64,000 nucleotides of DNA from an uncultured Chroococcidiopsis sp. (GCA_964248365.1 CAXTYC010000026.1:1-64000), one strand, 5' to 3'. Positions 8,830-20,630 are shown, counted from the stretch's first letter. The notes: generated by a model from the letters alone, not told the origin. Translations and numbers: made by a program.

Positions 8830-10983
8830 CTAACTCTTGACTATTGCGCCAAAATCTGCTACCACACGGGCATGATTACGCAATAATCCCAGCAAATTTA
8901 AGCGATTGCGTCTAATTTCTGGATTGGAATCCATCACTAGAACACTCTCGGAACCATCAAAGAAATTACTTACAGTCGGAGCAATCTGAATCAAAGCTTC
9001 AACTAGTTGCTGATAATTGCGGGATTCTCTAGCGGCTTGAGAAGAGGGAACCAGTTGCACTAAAGCATCGTAGAAAGCTTGTTCTGATGGTTTTTGGAAG
9101 AGTTCTGGACGTACTAAATTTTCAGGGTTCAATTGAGTAGTGTCGAGATCCCCTTGGGTGGCGAGACGAGTTGAACGGTTGACGGTTTCATAGATTTTAT
9201 CTAGAGTACCGTTGTTGCGGATTGTTTGTAGGAACAAAGCGCGATCGCGTACATCTAATAAATCCTCCAAAGCCCGTAACCGATATTCTCGATCATTTTC
9301 TCCCAATACGGCATTCACCAAGTCATAATCGATCATTCGTTCTTCTTGCAGCAATGTCCGAATTCTTTGAATAAAGAATTCCTGTAATTGTTGCAGTAGA
9401 GACGTTGTATGCAAGGTTTTTACATTGGTTGCAACAAAATCGGTGGCAATTTGTTCGAGCAGCGGATGTAAATTGATAGATAGATTACTTGTCCAAGCGA
9501 TCGCAATCACTGCATTAGCAGCACGACGCAGGGCAAAGGGATCACTAGATCCTGTAGGTAGCATCCCCAACCCGAAGATACTCACTATTGTGTCGAGTCT
9601 GTCAGCTATTCCGACAACTTGACCTGGTAAGGTATGGGGGAGGCGATCGCCAGCACCACGCGGTAAATAATGTTCCTCAATCGCCGTCGCCACTGCTGGG
9701 GATTCTCCACTAGCTAAGGCGTATTTGTGTCCCATCACTCCTTGCAATTCAGGAAATTCATACACCATTTGGGTTACAAGGTCAGCTTTACATAACAAAG
9801 CGGCTCTTTCAATCTGCGATCGCTCATCTTGTCCTAATTGCAATTGCTCGGTTATTCTCTGAGCAATCTTAACTATCCGCTCTACTTTTTTTGCAACTGA
9901 ACCTAAATCTTCCTGAAATGTTACTTCGTCTAATTGGGGTAAATAGCTTTCCAAAGGCTTGGCTAAGTCAGTTTTGTAGAAAAACTGTCCATCGGCTAAA
10001 CGAGCGCGGATTACTCGTTCATTTCCAGCTGCAATGATATCTGATTTAGCAGGATCGCCATTGGAAATGGTGATGAAGTTGGGTAGCAGCCGATCTTTAG
10101 CTTCTGCCTGAAATATTGGAAAATAGCGCTGGTGACTCACCATCACAGTGGTAATTACTTCTGATGGCAAGCTTAAAAACTCAGGGTCAAATTTTCCCAC
10201 GACGGTATTCGGAAATTCTACCAGGTTTGTAACTTCTTCGAGCAGGTCTGGATATATGTCTACATGACCGTCGAGTTGTTGCGCGCTCGTTTGCACTTGC
10301 TCTTGAATTTTGGCTTTACGCGCAGATCCATCAACTTCTACAAAGGCTCTTTGCAAACAAGTGACATAATCAGTTGCTTGGGGAATAGTAACTCGTTGTG
10401 GATGTAATACCCGATGTCCAAAAGATAGACGATCGCTTATTATTGTCTCGGAACCATTCACAATCTCTATTGGTAAGACAGCATCATCTAACAAAGCCAC
10501 CAGCCACACTATCGGACGGGAAAACCTCAAATCTCCATCTCCCCACCGCATCAACCGCTTACCTTCTAAGCCTAAAATCCATTGGGGTATTAGTTCGCTG
10601 AGGACATCAGCAACAGGACGACCTGGGTACGAAACGCGGACAAAAACAAAATCCCCTTTCTCTGTGGGACGAATTTCCAATGCATCTAATTCTACACCTT
10701 GCTTTTTGGCGAAACCTTCTGCTGCTTTGGTTGGTTTACCATCTTTAAACGCCGCTTGTGCGGGTGGACCTTTAATTTCTTCATCTCTATCTGGTTGCCC
10801 AGTTGGTAGATCTTTAATCAGAAGGGCTAGACGGCGGGGAGTACCGTAAACTTCTAGGGCGCTACTTGTCAAGTTATTTTCGCTCAGACTTTGACCAATG
10901 CGCGATCGCCACTGTTGGATGGCGCTATCTACAAACGTTGCGGGTAATTCTTCTGTACCGACTTCCAATAAGAAACTAGACAT
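8830..10983 (-). CDS. glyS: Glycine--tRNA ligase beta subunit
   Basis: Motifs [36 protein letters not shown] and RRNRLNLL. Confidence 0.97.
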   Translation of the reverse strand: MSSFLLEVGTEELPATFVDSAIQQWRSRIGQSLSENNLTSSALEVYGTPRRLALLIKDLPTGQPDRDEEIKGPPAQAAFKDGKPTKAAEGFAKKQGVELDALEIRPTEKGDFVFVRVSYPGRPVADVLSELIPQWILGLEGKRLMRWGDGDLRFSRPIVWLVALLDDAVLPIEIVNGSETIISDRLSFGHRVLHPQRVTIPQATDYVTCLQRAFVEVDGSARKAKIQEQVQTSAQQLDGHVDIYPDLLEEVTNLVEFPNTVVGKFDPEFLSLPSEVITTVMVSHQRYFPIFQAEAKDRLLPNFITISNGDPAKSDIIAAGNERVIRARLADGQFFYKTDLAKPLESYLPQLDEVTFQEDLGSVAKKVERIVKIAQRITEQLQLGQDERSQIERAALLCKADLVTQMVYEFPELQGVMGHKYALASGESPAVATAIEEHYLPRGAGDRLPHTLPGQVVGIADRLDTIVSIFGLGMLPTGSSDPFALRRAANAVIAIAWTSNLSINLHPLLEQIATDFVATNVKTLHTTSLLQQLQEFFIQRIRTLLQEERMIDYDLVNAVLGENDREYRLRALEDLLDVRDRALFLQTIRNNGTLDKIYETVNRSTRLATQGDLDTTQLNPENLVRPELFQKPSEQAFYDALVQLVPSSQAARESRNYQQLVEALIQIAPTVSNFFDGSESVLVMDSNPEIRRNRLNLLGLLRNHARVVADFGAIVKS

Positions 10984-11421
10984 AGCACACTGTTTTTAAC
11001 CAAGAGGTTTTATTTTACTTCGATCCAATTTCAACAGTTTATCCTGCCTAGAATTCTGATGTGTGCAACGCCAAAATATTAAATCTTTTGCAATTATCTA
11101 CATCACCCACTAGTATGCCATCCCTCCGCATGGTGTAATACCCAGCTTCGCCCACCATCAATAATTTGGTGGGCATGAGTGGCATACTTTTGCAAGAGGT
11201 CTATTCTATTGCGATCGCACCTACATAATTTTGCTGATAGTTTCTTGTATTTATCTTTACCAAATATACCGATGGAAGGAGATGAATTTGCTGAAAAACT
11301 CATATTTTAAATAATGGGATTGGGTAAAGTTTATACCATTTAAGCTTGTTCATCCAGATTTGAAGTAGCGAGGAGCGATTTTTGGCATCGCCCCTCGCCT
11401 TTTAGGAATCAGAAAGAGGCG

Positions 11422-13728
11422 ATGAAAGAGACGCGGGACAGCATTGCTGACATTTGGGGTCAGCGAACACCTTATTTTGGTGATTGGTCAGTACGAGTAG
11501 ACTCGCTTTTGCACGAAGAACCCGATACTTGGGTGCAATCTGCGTGTGTCCTTTGTTCTAATGGCTGCGGGATGGATATTGGTGTCAAAGACGGGCGGAT
11601 TGTGGGTGTTCGTGGGAGGGCAGTAGACCGTGTAAACAAAGGGCGGCTAGGTCCCAAGGGATTAAACGGATGGGTAGCAAATCATAGTAGCGATCGCCTG
11701 ACTCATCCTTTAATTCGCCGCAACGGTCAACTTGAGTCAGCAACCTGGGACGAAGCAATGAACATGATTGTCCAGCGTTCCAAAGAAATTCGAGACAAAT
11801 ACACCAGTGGGGCGATTGGATTTTATACCAGTGGGCAACTCTTCCTAGAAGAGTATTACACACTGGGTATTATTGGTAAAGCAGGTTTGGGAACGCCGCA
11901 CATGGACGGTAACACCAGGCTATGTACAGCAACATCAGCAGCAGCACTGAAAGCATCATTTGGTACAGACGGGCAACCTGGTTCTTATACTGACATTGAT
12001 ACCACCGATGCTATTTTGCACGTCGGACACAACACTGCTGTCGCACAAACCGTGCTTTGGATGCGGATTTTAGATCGGCGGCAAAGTTCAAATCCACCGC
12101 TTCTGATTGTAGTCGATCCACGCGAAACCTACACCGCTAAGGAAGCAGATGTGCATCTAGCACCCCTCGTTGGTACTAATCTGCCGCTGATGAACGGGCT
12201 GTTAAATTTAATCATAGAGGCTGGGCAGATCGACAAAGACTACATTGATGCCCATACCGTTGGCTTTCAAAACCTGAAACAAACCGTTAGCCAATGGACT
12301 CCACAGCGAGTGGAACAGGTGACAGGAGTACCAGCTGATAAGTTACGCGCGGCGGCTGAAATTCTTGGTTCTACCCCAACCTTGGTTTCAACCGCACTTC
12401 AGGGAGTGTATCAATCGATGCAGGCAACAGCTACGGCTGTGCAGATTAATAATTTACACCTAATTCGCGGTTTGATTGGAAAACCAGGATGCGGCATCTT
12501 GCAAATGAATGGTCAGCCTACAGCACAAAATACCCGCGAATGTGGTGCAGACGGAGATCTGCCAGGATTCCGTAACTGGGACAATCCAGAACACATAGCA
12601 CAGTTAGCACGAATTTGGAATGTAGATCCAGCAATTATCCCCCACTGGTCGCCACCTACCCACGCCATGCAGATTTGGCGCTATGCCGAGCAAGGCTCAA
12701 TTAAGATGCTTTGGATCAGTGCTACGAACCCAGCCGTATCACTGCCAGAGTTAGGGCGTATCCGGCAGATTCTAGAGAAAGACGATTTGTTCGTGGTTGT
12801 GCAGGATGCCTTTTTGACCGAAACTGCCTCTCTTGCTGATGTGGTTCTACCCGCCGCTATCTGGGGTGAAAAGACAGGATGTTATACTAATGCCGATCGC
12901 ACTGTCCACATTTCCCATAAAGCAATTGATCCGCCAGGTATTGCGCGATCAGATCTGGAAATCTTTCTCGACTACGCCTGCCGCATGGATTTCAGAGACA
13001 AAGATGGCGCACCTTTAATTAAATGGCACGATGCCGAAGGAGCGTTTGAAGCTTGGAAAGAATGCTCAAAAGGTCGCCCTTGCGATTATAGTGGCATGAG
13101 CTACGCCAAACTCAGTCAAGGTTCTGGGATTCAGTGGCCTTGTAACGAACAGTTTCCCGATGGTACACCGCACCTATACACCGATGGTGTATTCAATACG
13201 AGTGCTGACTACTGCGAAACCTACGGTAACGACTTGGTAACGGGTGCACAGGTAACACCAGAAGAATACCACGCCCATGACCCTAAAGGCAAAGCATTCC
13301 TAAAAGCTGCCCATTACCAACCCCCGCACGAGCAGCCAGATGAAGAATACCCGCTTTGGCTGACAACCGGGCGAGTCTTGTATCACTTCCATACTAGAAC
13401 TAAGACGGGGCGATCGCCTCGACTGCAAGCAGCTGCACCAGATGCCTTCGTACAAATCTCTAGCGAAGACGCAGCCAAATACAACATTATTGACGGTGAC
13501 ATGATTGAAATTACATCTCGTCGAGGTCGAGTAGTAGAACGGGCGCGAATTGGTGGTATTGAACCAGGACTTGTATTCATTCCCTTCCATTATGGCTACT
13601 GGGATAATCCAGATCGCCTCCGTGCTGCCAATGAACTCACAATCACCGAATGGGACTCGGTTAGTAAGCAGCCACACTACAAATATGCCGCCGTGCGAAT
13701 TCGTAAAATCGATCAGACTTGGGGCTAG
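11422..13728 (+). CDS. Molybdopterin oxidoreductase (assimilatory nitrate reductase-like)
   Basis: Motifs CVLCSNGC, DGNTRLCT, EKTGCYTNADR and LTTGR...HFHTRTKT. Confidence 0.88.
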   Translation: MKETRDSIADIWGQRTPYFGDWSVRVDSLLHEEPDTWVQSACVLCSNGCGMDIGVKDGRIVGVRGRAVDRVNKGRLGPKGLNGWVANHSSDRLTHPLIRRNGQLESATWDEAMNMIVQRSKEIRDKYTSGAIGFYTSGQLFLEEYYTLGIIGKAGLGTPHMDGNTRLCTATSAAALKASFGTDGQPGSYTDIDTTDAILHVGHNTAVAQTVLWMRILDRRQSSNPPLLIVVDPRETYTAKEADVHLAPLVGTNLPLMNGLLNLIIEAGQIDKDYIDAHTVGFQNLKQTVSQWTPQRVEQVTGVPADKLRAAAEILGSTPTLVSTALQGVYQSMQATATAVQINNLHLIRGLIGKPGCGILQMNGQPTAQNTRECGADGDLPGFRNWDNPEHIAQLARIWNVDPAIIPHWSPPTHAMQIWRYAEQGSIKMLWISATNPAVSLPELGRIRQILEKDDLFVVVQDAFLTETASLADVVLPAAIWGEKTGCYTNADRTVHISHKAIDPPGIARSDLEIFLDYACRMDFRDKDGAPLIKWHDAEGAFEAWKECSKGRPCDYSGMSYAKLSQGSGIQWPCNEQFPDGTPHLYTDGVFNTSADYCETYGNDLVTGAQVTPEEYHAHDPKGKAFLKAAHYQPPHEQPDEEYPLWLTTGRVLYHFHTRTKTGRSPRLQAAAPDAFVQISSEDAAKYNIIDGDMIEITSRRGRVVERARIGGIEPGLVFIPFHYGYWDNPDRLRAANELTITEWDSVSKQPHYKYAAVRIRKIDQTWG

Positions 13729-13813
13729 GGACTAGAGGCTAGAGGCTAGGGAACTACCTCGAAATCTCCTTGATAGAAAGCTTCATACTTTGAATCGGAG
13801 ACTAATATAATAT

Positions 13814-14271
13814 ATGCACCTTAGTAATTACCTGGGACTAGTCCATAACAGTGAACAGCAACTAGCCGATGCGTTTGCAACCATAGCAGACCATCATGGC
13901 GATGAACCTGACATCACCACATTGGTAAGCTTTTGTCAACATGGTCACAGCAACACGTCCAGGCACTCAAACCATTAATTGACCGCTATCAGGAACAAAA
14001 GAGTGAAGAACCAGCGCGACTGAGCCAGACATTGTTTTCAGAACCGCGCACAGGTAGCCTTGCCTTATTACGCGACCTTCATGATCTGTGGCTGCTAGCA
14101 AACGAAGTTTATCTGTGCTGGATAGTCCTTTCTCAAGCCGCCAAAGCACTACGCGACAAAGAACTAGAAACAGCTTGCGAACAATTTGACCGACAAACTA
14201 AACAACAGATTGCTTGGCTACTTACCAGAATCAAACAAGCCGCACCACAAACACTAGTAGTTAGTCAGTAG
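13814..14271 (+). pseudogene. Small helical partner protein of the oxidoreductase, frameshifted near 13915
   Basis: ATG at 13814 gives MHLSNYLGLVHNSEQQLADAF...HGDEPDI. The sequence continues in another frame as HIGKLLSTWSQQH...LLRDLHDL. Confidence 0.75.
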
Positions 14272-14379
14272 TCAGGAGTTGTGAAGTCAGAAGTCAGAAG
14301 TCGGAATTCTGAATTAATGATTCTCCCCTCTGCTCCCCTGATTCCCCCTCTCCCACTCTCCCCTTTGCCCCCCGCTCTC

Positions 14380-15897
14380 TTATCGCGGACGACCCAGAGT
14401 AGTGATATATAGAACCGCCTCATCAGCAGGAATACCTAGCACTTCATTAACCTGGTCATCAAAGAAGCCACCAATGCCACTCACACCCAAATTAAGACGA
14501 ATCGCGCCTAAATTTAATCTTTGCCCTAAATGACCAGCATCCATATGCAGGTAACGATAAACGCGATCGCCATATTGTGCCACAGCTGATTTCAGATCCG
14601 CTGTATGAAATAGCACCGCCCCTGCATCCCGTCCTAGTTCTTGTCCCAAGCACAGATAGTGTAACTCGCGCCGGAAATTTTTAAACCGAATTTGCCGCAG
14701 TTCTTGGGCTTTTGGCGCGTAGTAGTAGCAGCCTGACTCTAGCCCCATCACTCCAGATACAGCAATAAACGTCTCAATTAAATTCAAGTCAAAATAATCT
14801 GGCTTGCCATCTAAACCTTGATCGATGTAGTGGTGGGGTTGATAGGTAAAATCTAACAAAGCTAACACTTCATCTAAATTTAGATCTCCACCGCTATAAG
14901 CCCTCGTTGAACGACGATTGATAATTGTAGTTTCCAGCCCTTCTAGGTTTGCGCCCCAGTCAATGGGATAGGTAATAGTGGGAACCTTAAGACAGAAGGG
15001 AAAGTTATATTTATCTTCAGAAGGTGAGAGGAAAGATTTTTCTGTTATTACCTCTTGAATTTGGCTTGCTCGGTGGCAGTATCTTAGTAGTTCCCCATCT
15101 GGAATTTGGGGATAGTCACAAGAGGTAGCAGAGGGCAAAGCAGTTTGACTTGATGGTAGGTTTTGTTGTACGTCAAGTAAATCTGCCAAAGGAATTATAG
15201 CGATCGCCCCTTCCTGTTCGATATCAAGGTAAAGTAGCTCATTAACTGCTTCATCGACAAAACCCCCAATTAGATGAGGTCGGTAATTAGTCAAAGATCC
15301 AGCCAACTCGATATTACCCAGCAGGTGTCCTGTATCCAAGAAAATCCGCCGATATGCGCGGTCTTGGTAACGCCAAGCCGAACGATAAAATACAGCAGTT
15401 GCTACAAGTGCCAGTCGAGTACTTTCTAAAGCCTGATGCCAGAAACAAGCCTTTTGCAAAGCTTGCCAAACTTCACTTGACCAAAAATGAACTAAGGAAT
15501 GGCTTTGAGGCTGATAGTTATAAAGTCCAGCCGGCAAAATTGATGTGCCACGAGAAATCAAATATACTTCGGCAGGATATAAACCCCCTGCTGATGGTGC
15601 AGCGCGTAGATAGATGGGATGTCCCATCATTGTTGGCACTTTGGCTGTCAAACCATAGCTGCAAAACAGTAGCCAGGATAACCTCTGCCATCCGATGCCT
15701 TCTGGATCATTCGTAAATACTTTTGGTTCTTCTTGAAGATAGGGCTTGAGGTCGAAGGTTGTGCCAATTTTGTATTCTTTAAATGGCACTGGCTGTTTAG
15801 ACCAGTCTAATCCTTGACTTTTAGAGGCGATCGTCTCAGGATCGTATTTAGTTCGCTCGTGGTAGTGTTGAGCAATTGATTGGTGCTGTTCTAGCAT
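14380..15897 (-). CDS. SagB/ThcOx-family tandem nitroreductase
   Basis: Motifs LRAAPSAGGLYP, LDTGH, RRSTRAY, MDAGHLGQ and GIGGFFDD. Confidence 0.9.
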   Translation of the reverse strand: MLEQHQSIAQHYHERTKYDPETIASKSQGLDWSKQPVPFKEYKIGTTFDLKPYLQEEPKVFTNDPEGIGWQRLSWLLFCSYGLTAKVPTMMGHPIYLRAAPSAGGLYPAEVYLISRGTSILPAGLYNYQPQSHSLVHFWSSEVWQALQKACFWHQALESTRLALVATAVFYRSAWRYQDRAYRRIFLDTGHLLGNIELAGSLTNYRPHLIGGFVDEAVNELLYLDIEQEGAIAIIPLADLLDVQQNLPSSQTALPSATSCDYPQIPDGELLRYCHRASQIQEVITEKSFLSPSEDKYNFPFCLKVPTITYPIDWGANLEGLETTIINRRSTRAYSGGDLNLDEVLALLDFTYQPHHYIDQGLDGKPDYFDLNLIETFIAVSGVMGLESGCYYYAPKAQELRQIRFKNFRRELHYLCLGQELGRDAGAVLFHTADLKSAVAQYGDRVYRYLHMDAGHLGQRLNLGAIRLNLGVSGIGGFFDDQVNEVLGIPADEAVLYITTLGRPR

Positions 15898-15986
15898 AGC
15901 AGTCTTTTGAAAACTTCCCTTTCTTCGATCTTTGCACTCCTGAGCGTATCTTGTCGTATTAGGTGTAAAAAATACACAATCAAGGT

Positions 15987-16011
15987 AATTCGTAATTCGT
16001 AATTCGTAATT
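15987..16011. repeat. STRR-type heptamer repeat (AATTCGT)n
   Basis: Tandem AATTCGT copies; similar tracts near 41388 and 51856. Confidence 0.8.
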
Positions 16012-16035
16012 AAAAAACCAATTACCAACTACCTA

Positions 16036-16878
16036 TTACCTATTACCTATTATCATTCCCGTTATTTTTGCAACCATTTCTGAAGCTTTCTTAATTAAAG
16101 ACGTGTTAATTTCAATTTGATAATTTTCATCTGGAAAAACTTGCGTCACAACTGTTTCTAAATCAGCATTACCTTTTCTCGCCCCCAAACCATTTATTGC
16201 ACATTCAATTTGTCTCGCCCCACACTCTAAAGCAGCAATTGAATTCTCTACTGCCCAGCCTAAATCATCATGACAGTGAACTGAAATAATAGCTTTGTCT
16301 ATATTTGGTACTTGATTGATAACAGTTTGAATTAGCAGGGAAAATTCTTCAGGTGATGCTACCCCTAAGCTATCAGGAATACTAATCGTAGTAGCACCAC
16401 TGTTTATCGCAACTTCAATTGCTTTACATAAAAAATCCCGTTGGCTTCTGGTAGCATCAAAAGCACACCATTGTACATCCTCACAGTAGTTTCTTGCCAG
16501 ACAAACACTGTGTTGTATTGTTTCTAATACTTGCTTTTTTCTTTCGTATTCTTGTTTTATATTTATGGTAGTATAAATATTAATCCTTCCTTTCTCAGCA
16601 GGTTTAATTGCTTTACTGACACTGATTATTTCATCTTCATTTGAGCTTGCCAGCCCACAAATAATAGATTTTTTAATAATTGTAGATATTTTCCATACTT
16701 CATCAAAATCTTTTTCAAATTTACCAGGATAGCCAACTTCAATCACATCTACACCGATTTCTTCTAGCAATTTTGCAATGCTAATTTTCTCCTCAATATT
16801 CATTTTCACACCTGGCGTGAGTTCTCCATCACGCATAGTGGTGTCGAAAATTTTCACTTTGTTATTAGCTTGTGACAT
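16036..16878 (-). CDS. 2-isopropylmalate-synthase-like protein, catalytic HMGL-like domain only
   Basis: Motifs IFDTTMRDGE, GVDVIEVG, SVHCHDDLG and NGLGARKGNA; likely start MSQANN. Confidence 0.85.
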   Translation of the reverse strand: MSQANNKVKIFDTTMRDGELTPGVKMNIEEKISIAKLLEEIGVDVIEVGYPGKFEKDFDEVWKISTIIKKSIICGLASSNEDEIISVSKAIKPAEKGRINIYTTINIKQEYERKKQVLETIQHSVCLARNYCEDVQWCAFDATRSQRDFLCKAIEVAINSGATTISIPDSLGVASPEEFSLLIQTVINQVPNIDKAIISVHCHDDLGWAVENSIAALECGARQIECAINGLGARKGNADLETVVTQVFPDENYQIEINTSLIKKASEMVAKITGMIIGNR

Positions 16879-17109
16879 ATTCAAGAGTGCTATATGTGTA
16901 GACAGAAAATAGCTTTCCATGCGAGCGCACAATATAATCATGATTTTCCTTTAGATGCTAAATCATCCTTGGTTTTTCTTAGCGTCTTTGCGTCTACTGG
17001 AGCGAAGAGGCTCCGCTCCGCGTCTATGCGTGACACTACCATCGTGATTTTATGCACGGTATTTATCAAGCGATCGCCACCTGACTCTTCTAGGCGCACG
17101 TTGCTTAAT

Positions 17110-18879
17110 CTAACCTGCCCCCAACGCCCCAGAGTAAATCAAACCCCGCTGCATATCCAAAGTCAAAATTGCCCCGTCTCGAATCACTTCTGTTGCCTTT
17201 TTTACTCCCACAATTACAGGCACTCCCAATCGCAAGCCAATTACGGCTGCATGGCAAGTTAGACTCTCTTCTTCGGTAATAATCCCAGCTGCCTTACGAA
17301 TCGCTTCGACAAAATCAGCACTGGTACGAGGTGCTACCAAAATATCACCTGGATTAAACTTACTCACATCCATGCCACTGTAAGCCACTCTTGCCCGACC
17401 ACTGACTGAACCTTGACCGATGCCAATTCCTTGACCGAGTAATGCCGTTACTACCTCTACCTTGATCAAGTCAGTCGAGCCTGAGATTCCCTGAAGTGTT
17501 CCTGCGGTCATTACCACTAGATCCCCTTCATACAATAGCTGTTTCTCTAGAGCCACATTGAGGGCAGATTGGAATGTTTTACCCGCCGAAGGTAGATCCA
17601 GCACTAGCAACGGTTTCACACCCCACACCAGCTGTAACTGCCGTGCTACATCTACATGAGGTGTCACCGCCAAGATAGGATTTTGCGGTCGGAACTTTGA
17701 AACATTGCGCGCTGTAGCGCCAGTCTTTGTCAGCGTCATAATTGCCGCTGCACCCAGTTGCGAGGCAATTTGCCCTACTGCTTGGCTAATCGCATTGGGA
17801 ATAGAACGACGGGTATCGCTGCTTCTGTTTGGCGTTGCTGCGAGTTGTTGTTCTTGCTCGATCCGAGTGGCAATTCGTGCCATTGTTGCTACGGCTTCTA
17901 CTGGGTATTTACCCACAGCGGTTTCATTTGAGAGCATTACCGCATCAGTTCCGTCTAAAATCGCATTTGCTACATCCGAGACTTCAGCGCGAGTTGGACG
18001 AGGACTATGAACCATGCTGTCTAACATCTGAGTAGCCGTAATGATGGGGATACCCAAGCGATTTGCTACGGTAATCAAGCGCTTTTGCAAGATGGGAACG
18101 TCTTCTGCTGGTAGTTCTACACCTAAATCACCTCTGGCAATCATCACGCCATCACACAAGGGTAGAATTGCCTCCATTTGGTTGATCGCTTCGTGTTTTT
18201 CAATTTTGGCAATTACTGGCACTTGCTTGCCTGCATTGGAAATTAGTTCTTTAATTTCCAGCACATCCTGGGGGTTACGCACAAACGAGAGTGCTACCCA
18301 GTCTACACCCTGACCAAGACCAAATATCAAATCTTGACGGTCTTTTTCAGTCATTGCCTTAACTGATAGGTAAACACCTGGAAAGTTTACGCCTTTGTTG
18401 TTAGAAAGCGTACCGCCCACAACTACGCGACAATGCAATTCCTTTGCAGCACGGTCAATCTTCTCCACCCGCATTTCTACTCGCCCGTCATCGAGGAGAA
18501 TGGTTGCTCCGGCTGGTACTTCCTCTGCTAGGTAATCGTAAGTTACGCAGCTAATTTCTTGAGTTCCAACGATTGGATTACTCGTTAAAATAAAGCGATC
18601 GCCTTTATTGACGTAGATCGAATCGTTTTCAAACTTCCCTAGTCGAATTTTTGGTCCTTGCAAGTCTTGGAGAATACCCACAGGCTGATCTAGTTCAAAG
18701 GCAGTTTGCCGAATTAAGCGAATACTGCGCTGATGATCTGCATAACTACCGTGAGAGAAATTCAGTCGCAGGGTAGTTGCACCAGCTTCAATCAATGCCC
18801 TTAGCACCTCTGGGCTACTAGTAGCAGGACCAATAGTGGCAACAATTTTTGTTCGACGTGAGGACTTTTGTAATTGCAT
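17110..18879 (-). CDS. pyk: Pyruvate kinase with C-terminal PEP-utilising domain
   Basis: Motifs TKIVATIGPA, RLNFSHG, MIARGDLG and TCHAAVIG. Confidence 0.97.
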   Translation of the reverse strand: MQLQKSSRRTKIVATIGPATSSPEVLRALIEAGATTLRLNFSHGSYADHQRSIRLIRQTAFELDQPVGILQDLQGPKIRLGKFENDSIYVNKGDRFILTSNPIVGTQEISCVTYDYLAEEVPAGATILLDDGRVEMRVEKIDRAAKELHCRVVVGGTLSNNKGVNFPGVYLSVKAMTEKDRQDLIFGLGQGVDWVALSFVRNPQDVLEIKELISNAGKQVPVIAKIEKHEAINQMEAILPLCDGVMIARGDLGVELPAEDVPILQKRLITVANRLGIPIITATQMLDSMVHSPRPTRAEVSDVANAILDGTDAVMLSNETAVGKYPVEAVATMARIATRIEQEQQLAATPNRSSDTRRSIPNAISQAVGQIASQLGAAAIMTLTKTGATARNVSKFRPQNPILAVTPHVDVARQLQLVWGVKPLLVLDLPSAGKTFQSALNVALEKQLLYEGDLVVMTAGTLQGISGSTDLIKVEVVTALLGQGIGIGQGSVSGRARVAYSGMDVSKFNPGDILVAPRTSADFVEAIRKAAGIITEEESLTCHAAVIGLRLGVPVIVGVKKATEVIRDGAILTLDMQRGLIYSGALGAG

Positions 18880-19031
18880 GAATGCAGTTGAAGTGGGAGG
18901 TATCTGGAATAATAGCGCTATTGTTCCAGATTTCGATATAAGAGTATAAATGAATTGCGATACATAAAACTTTAGTATTCTAGTGAAAGTATCACAATAA
19001 TCCGCATTAATTTACAACAAAAGGAGTAAAG

Positions 19032-19919
19032 ATGGTCACGTCGGAGGCAACCAAGCCGCTGACAGTTCCCAAGGAGTTCCTTGCACCCCCTGGAGAATTT
19101 AATCCCACGTTGCTGATATTTTTGGCATCAGCTACCATGCTCGTGCTGTCAAACTGCGGCTACTGGCTCTGGGAATGGTCCCACTGGTGCTGTTTTTGCA
19201 CTAACGTAATTGCCATACACATGGCAGGCACGGTAATTCATGATGCTTGTCATCAGTCCGCCCATCGTAACCGCGTTATAAATGCGATTTTAGGGCATGG
19301 CAGTGCCATGATGTTAGCTTTTTCCTTTCCCGTCTTTACGCGGGTGCATTTGCAGCATCACGCCCATGTAAATGACCCCGAAAACGATCCAGATCACTAT
19401 GTTTCCACAGGTGGTCCATTGTGGTTAATTGCCGTTCGCTTTTTATACCACGAGATTTTTTTCTTTAAACGGCAGTTGTGGCGCAAAAACGAATTATGGG
19501 AGTGGTTTTTGAACCGCTTGGTGATTGTTGCTATTTTCTACGTTTCAATTCAATACCACTTTTTGGGCTACATTCTCAATTTTTGGTTTATTCCTACTGC
19601 CGTAGTCGGAGTTACTCTGGGACTATTTTTTGATTATTTACCCCATCGTCCCTTTCAAGAGCGCGATCGCTGGAAAAATGCCAGAGTATATCCTAATTCA
19701 ATTCTTAACTTTCTGATCATGGGGCAGAATTATCACCTAATTCATCATCTATGGCCTTCTATTCCCTGGTATAATTACCAAAATGCCTACTATGCAACTA
19801 AACCCCTGTTAGATGAAAAAGGGTGTCATCAATCTTTAGGGCTGCTGCCCAGAAAAGACTTTTTAAGTTTTGTTTACGACATTTTTTTAGGCATCCGATT
19901 TCATAAACATGGGGGCTAG
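19032..19919 (+). CDS. crtR: Beta-carotene hydroxylase
   Basis: His boxes HDACH, HLQHH and HLIHH; FFDYLPHRPF. Confidence 0.93.
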   Translation: MVTSEATKPLTVPKEFLAPPGEFNPTLLIFLASATMLVLSNCGYWLWEWSHWCCFCTNVIAIHMAGTVIHDACHQSAHRNRVINAILGHGSAMMLAFSFPVFTRVHLQHHAHVNDPENDPDHYVSTGGPLWLIAVRFLYHEIFFFKRQLWRKNELWEWFLNRLVIVAIFYVSIQYHFLGYILNFWFIPTAVVGVTLGLFFDYLPHRPFQERDRWKNARVYPNSILNFLIMGQNYHLIHHLWPSIPWYNYQNAYYATKPLLDEKGCHQSLGLLPRKDFLSFVYDIFLGIRFHKHGG

Positions 19920-20029
19920 GGGCTAGAAGAGGATAGGGGGACAAGGAGATGGGGGACAAAAAGAGGTTTATGCCGTGTTCTTTCCCCTTGTCCCCTTTTC
20001 CCTTTTACCTTTCCCCAGCCCCTATTCCT

Positions 20030-20452
20030 TCACCGATGATTTGACGGAACAACCGTTGGTGGTAATACACTATTGCACTGGGGTAAACTCCAATCTGGTC
20101 GCAAACTTTCAGCTTGCCTGAGATAGGTATGGTAAATCTGAGTGTGGGATGTTGGGAGGTTGACGTGGATTAATAACCGGATGCAGTGTTCTAGGCTTCC
20201 CTCAACGTGCATTTGGTGTACATCTAGCATTGCTACATTGTCCCAGTCCGGTCGCTTGCGCGCGATCGCGGCGGGGAAAATAGCATCTAAATCACGGGTG
20301 ACTGTGAAAGTAGCGCTAATAATTTTGTTTGGATCGAGCTGATTTCGCGCTTCTAATTCATCAAGCAGTTCCATTACTGCTTCTCGAATTGCCTCAATTG
20401 TATTTTCTGCAACAGTTGTTGCTCCGCGAATTGCTCGAACTTGCCACTCCAC
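20030..20452 (-). CDS. aroH: Chorismate mutase (AroH class)
   Basis: Motifs VRAIRGATT, FPAAIAR and LRPDW. Confidence 0.95.
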   Translation of the reverse strand: MEWQVRAIRGATTVAENTIEAIREAVMELLDELEARNQLDPNKIISATFTVTRDLDAIFPAAIARKRPDWDNVAMLDVHQMHVEGSLEHCIRLLIHVNLPTSHTQIYHTYLRQAESLRPDWSLPQCNSVLPPTVVPSNHR

Positions 20453-20630
20453 GTCAATTCCTCCATGTTCTTAAATAGTTTTTATTTGTTAGATTTTAGT
20501 TTGCCCAGCAAAAAACATTATTTAATTATTACCAATTAATAACCATCGTTGTTAGTCGTTAGTTTTGATCTGTTATAGCCAAAGATTAACATTTAACAGC
20601 CAATCACTAACAACTAAACAACTTACTTAC

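Noticed and set aside
14380..15897. SagB-type oxidase as part of a RiPP cluster
   Set aside because: No YcaO, precursor peptide or transporter nearby; stand-alone copies are common in cyanobacteria.
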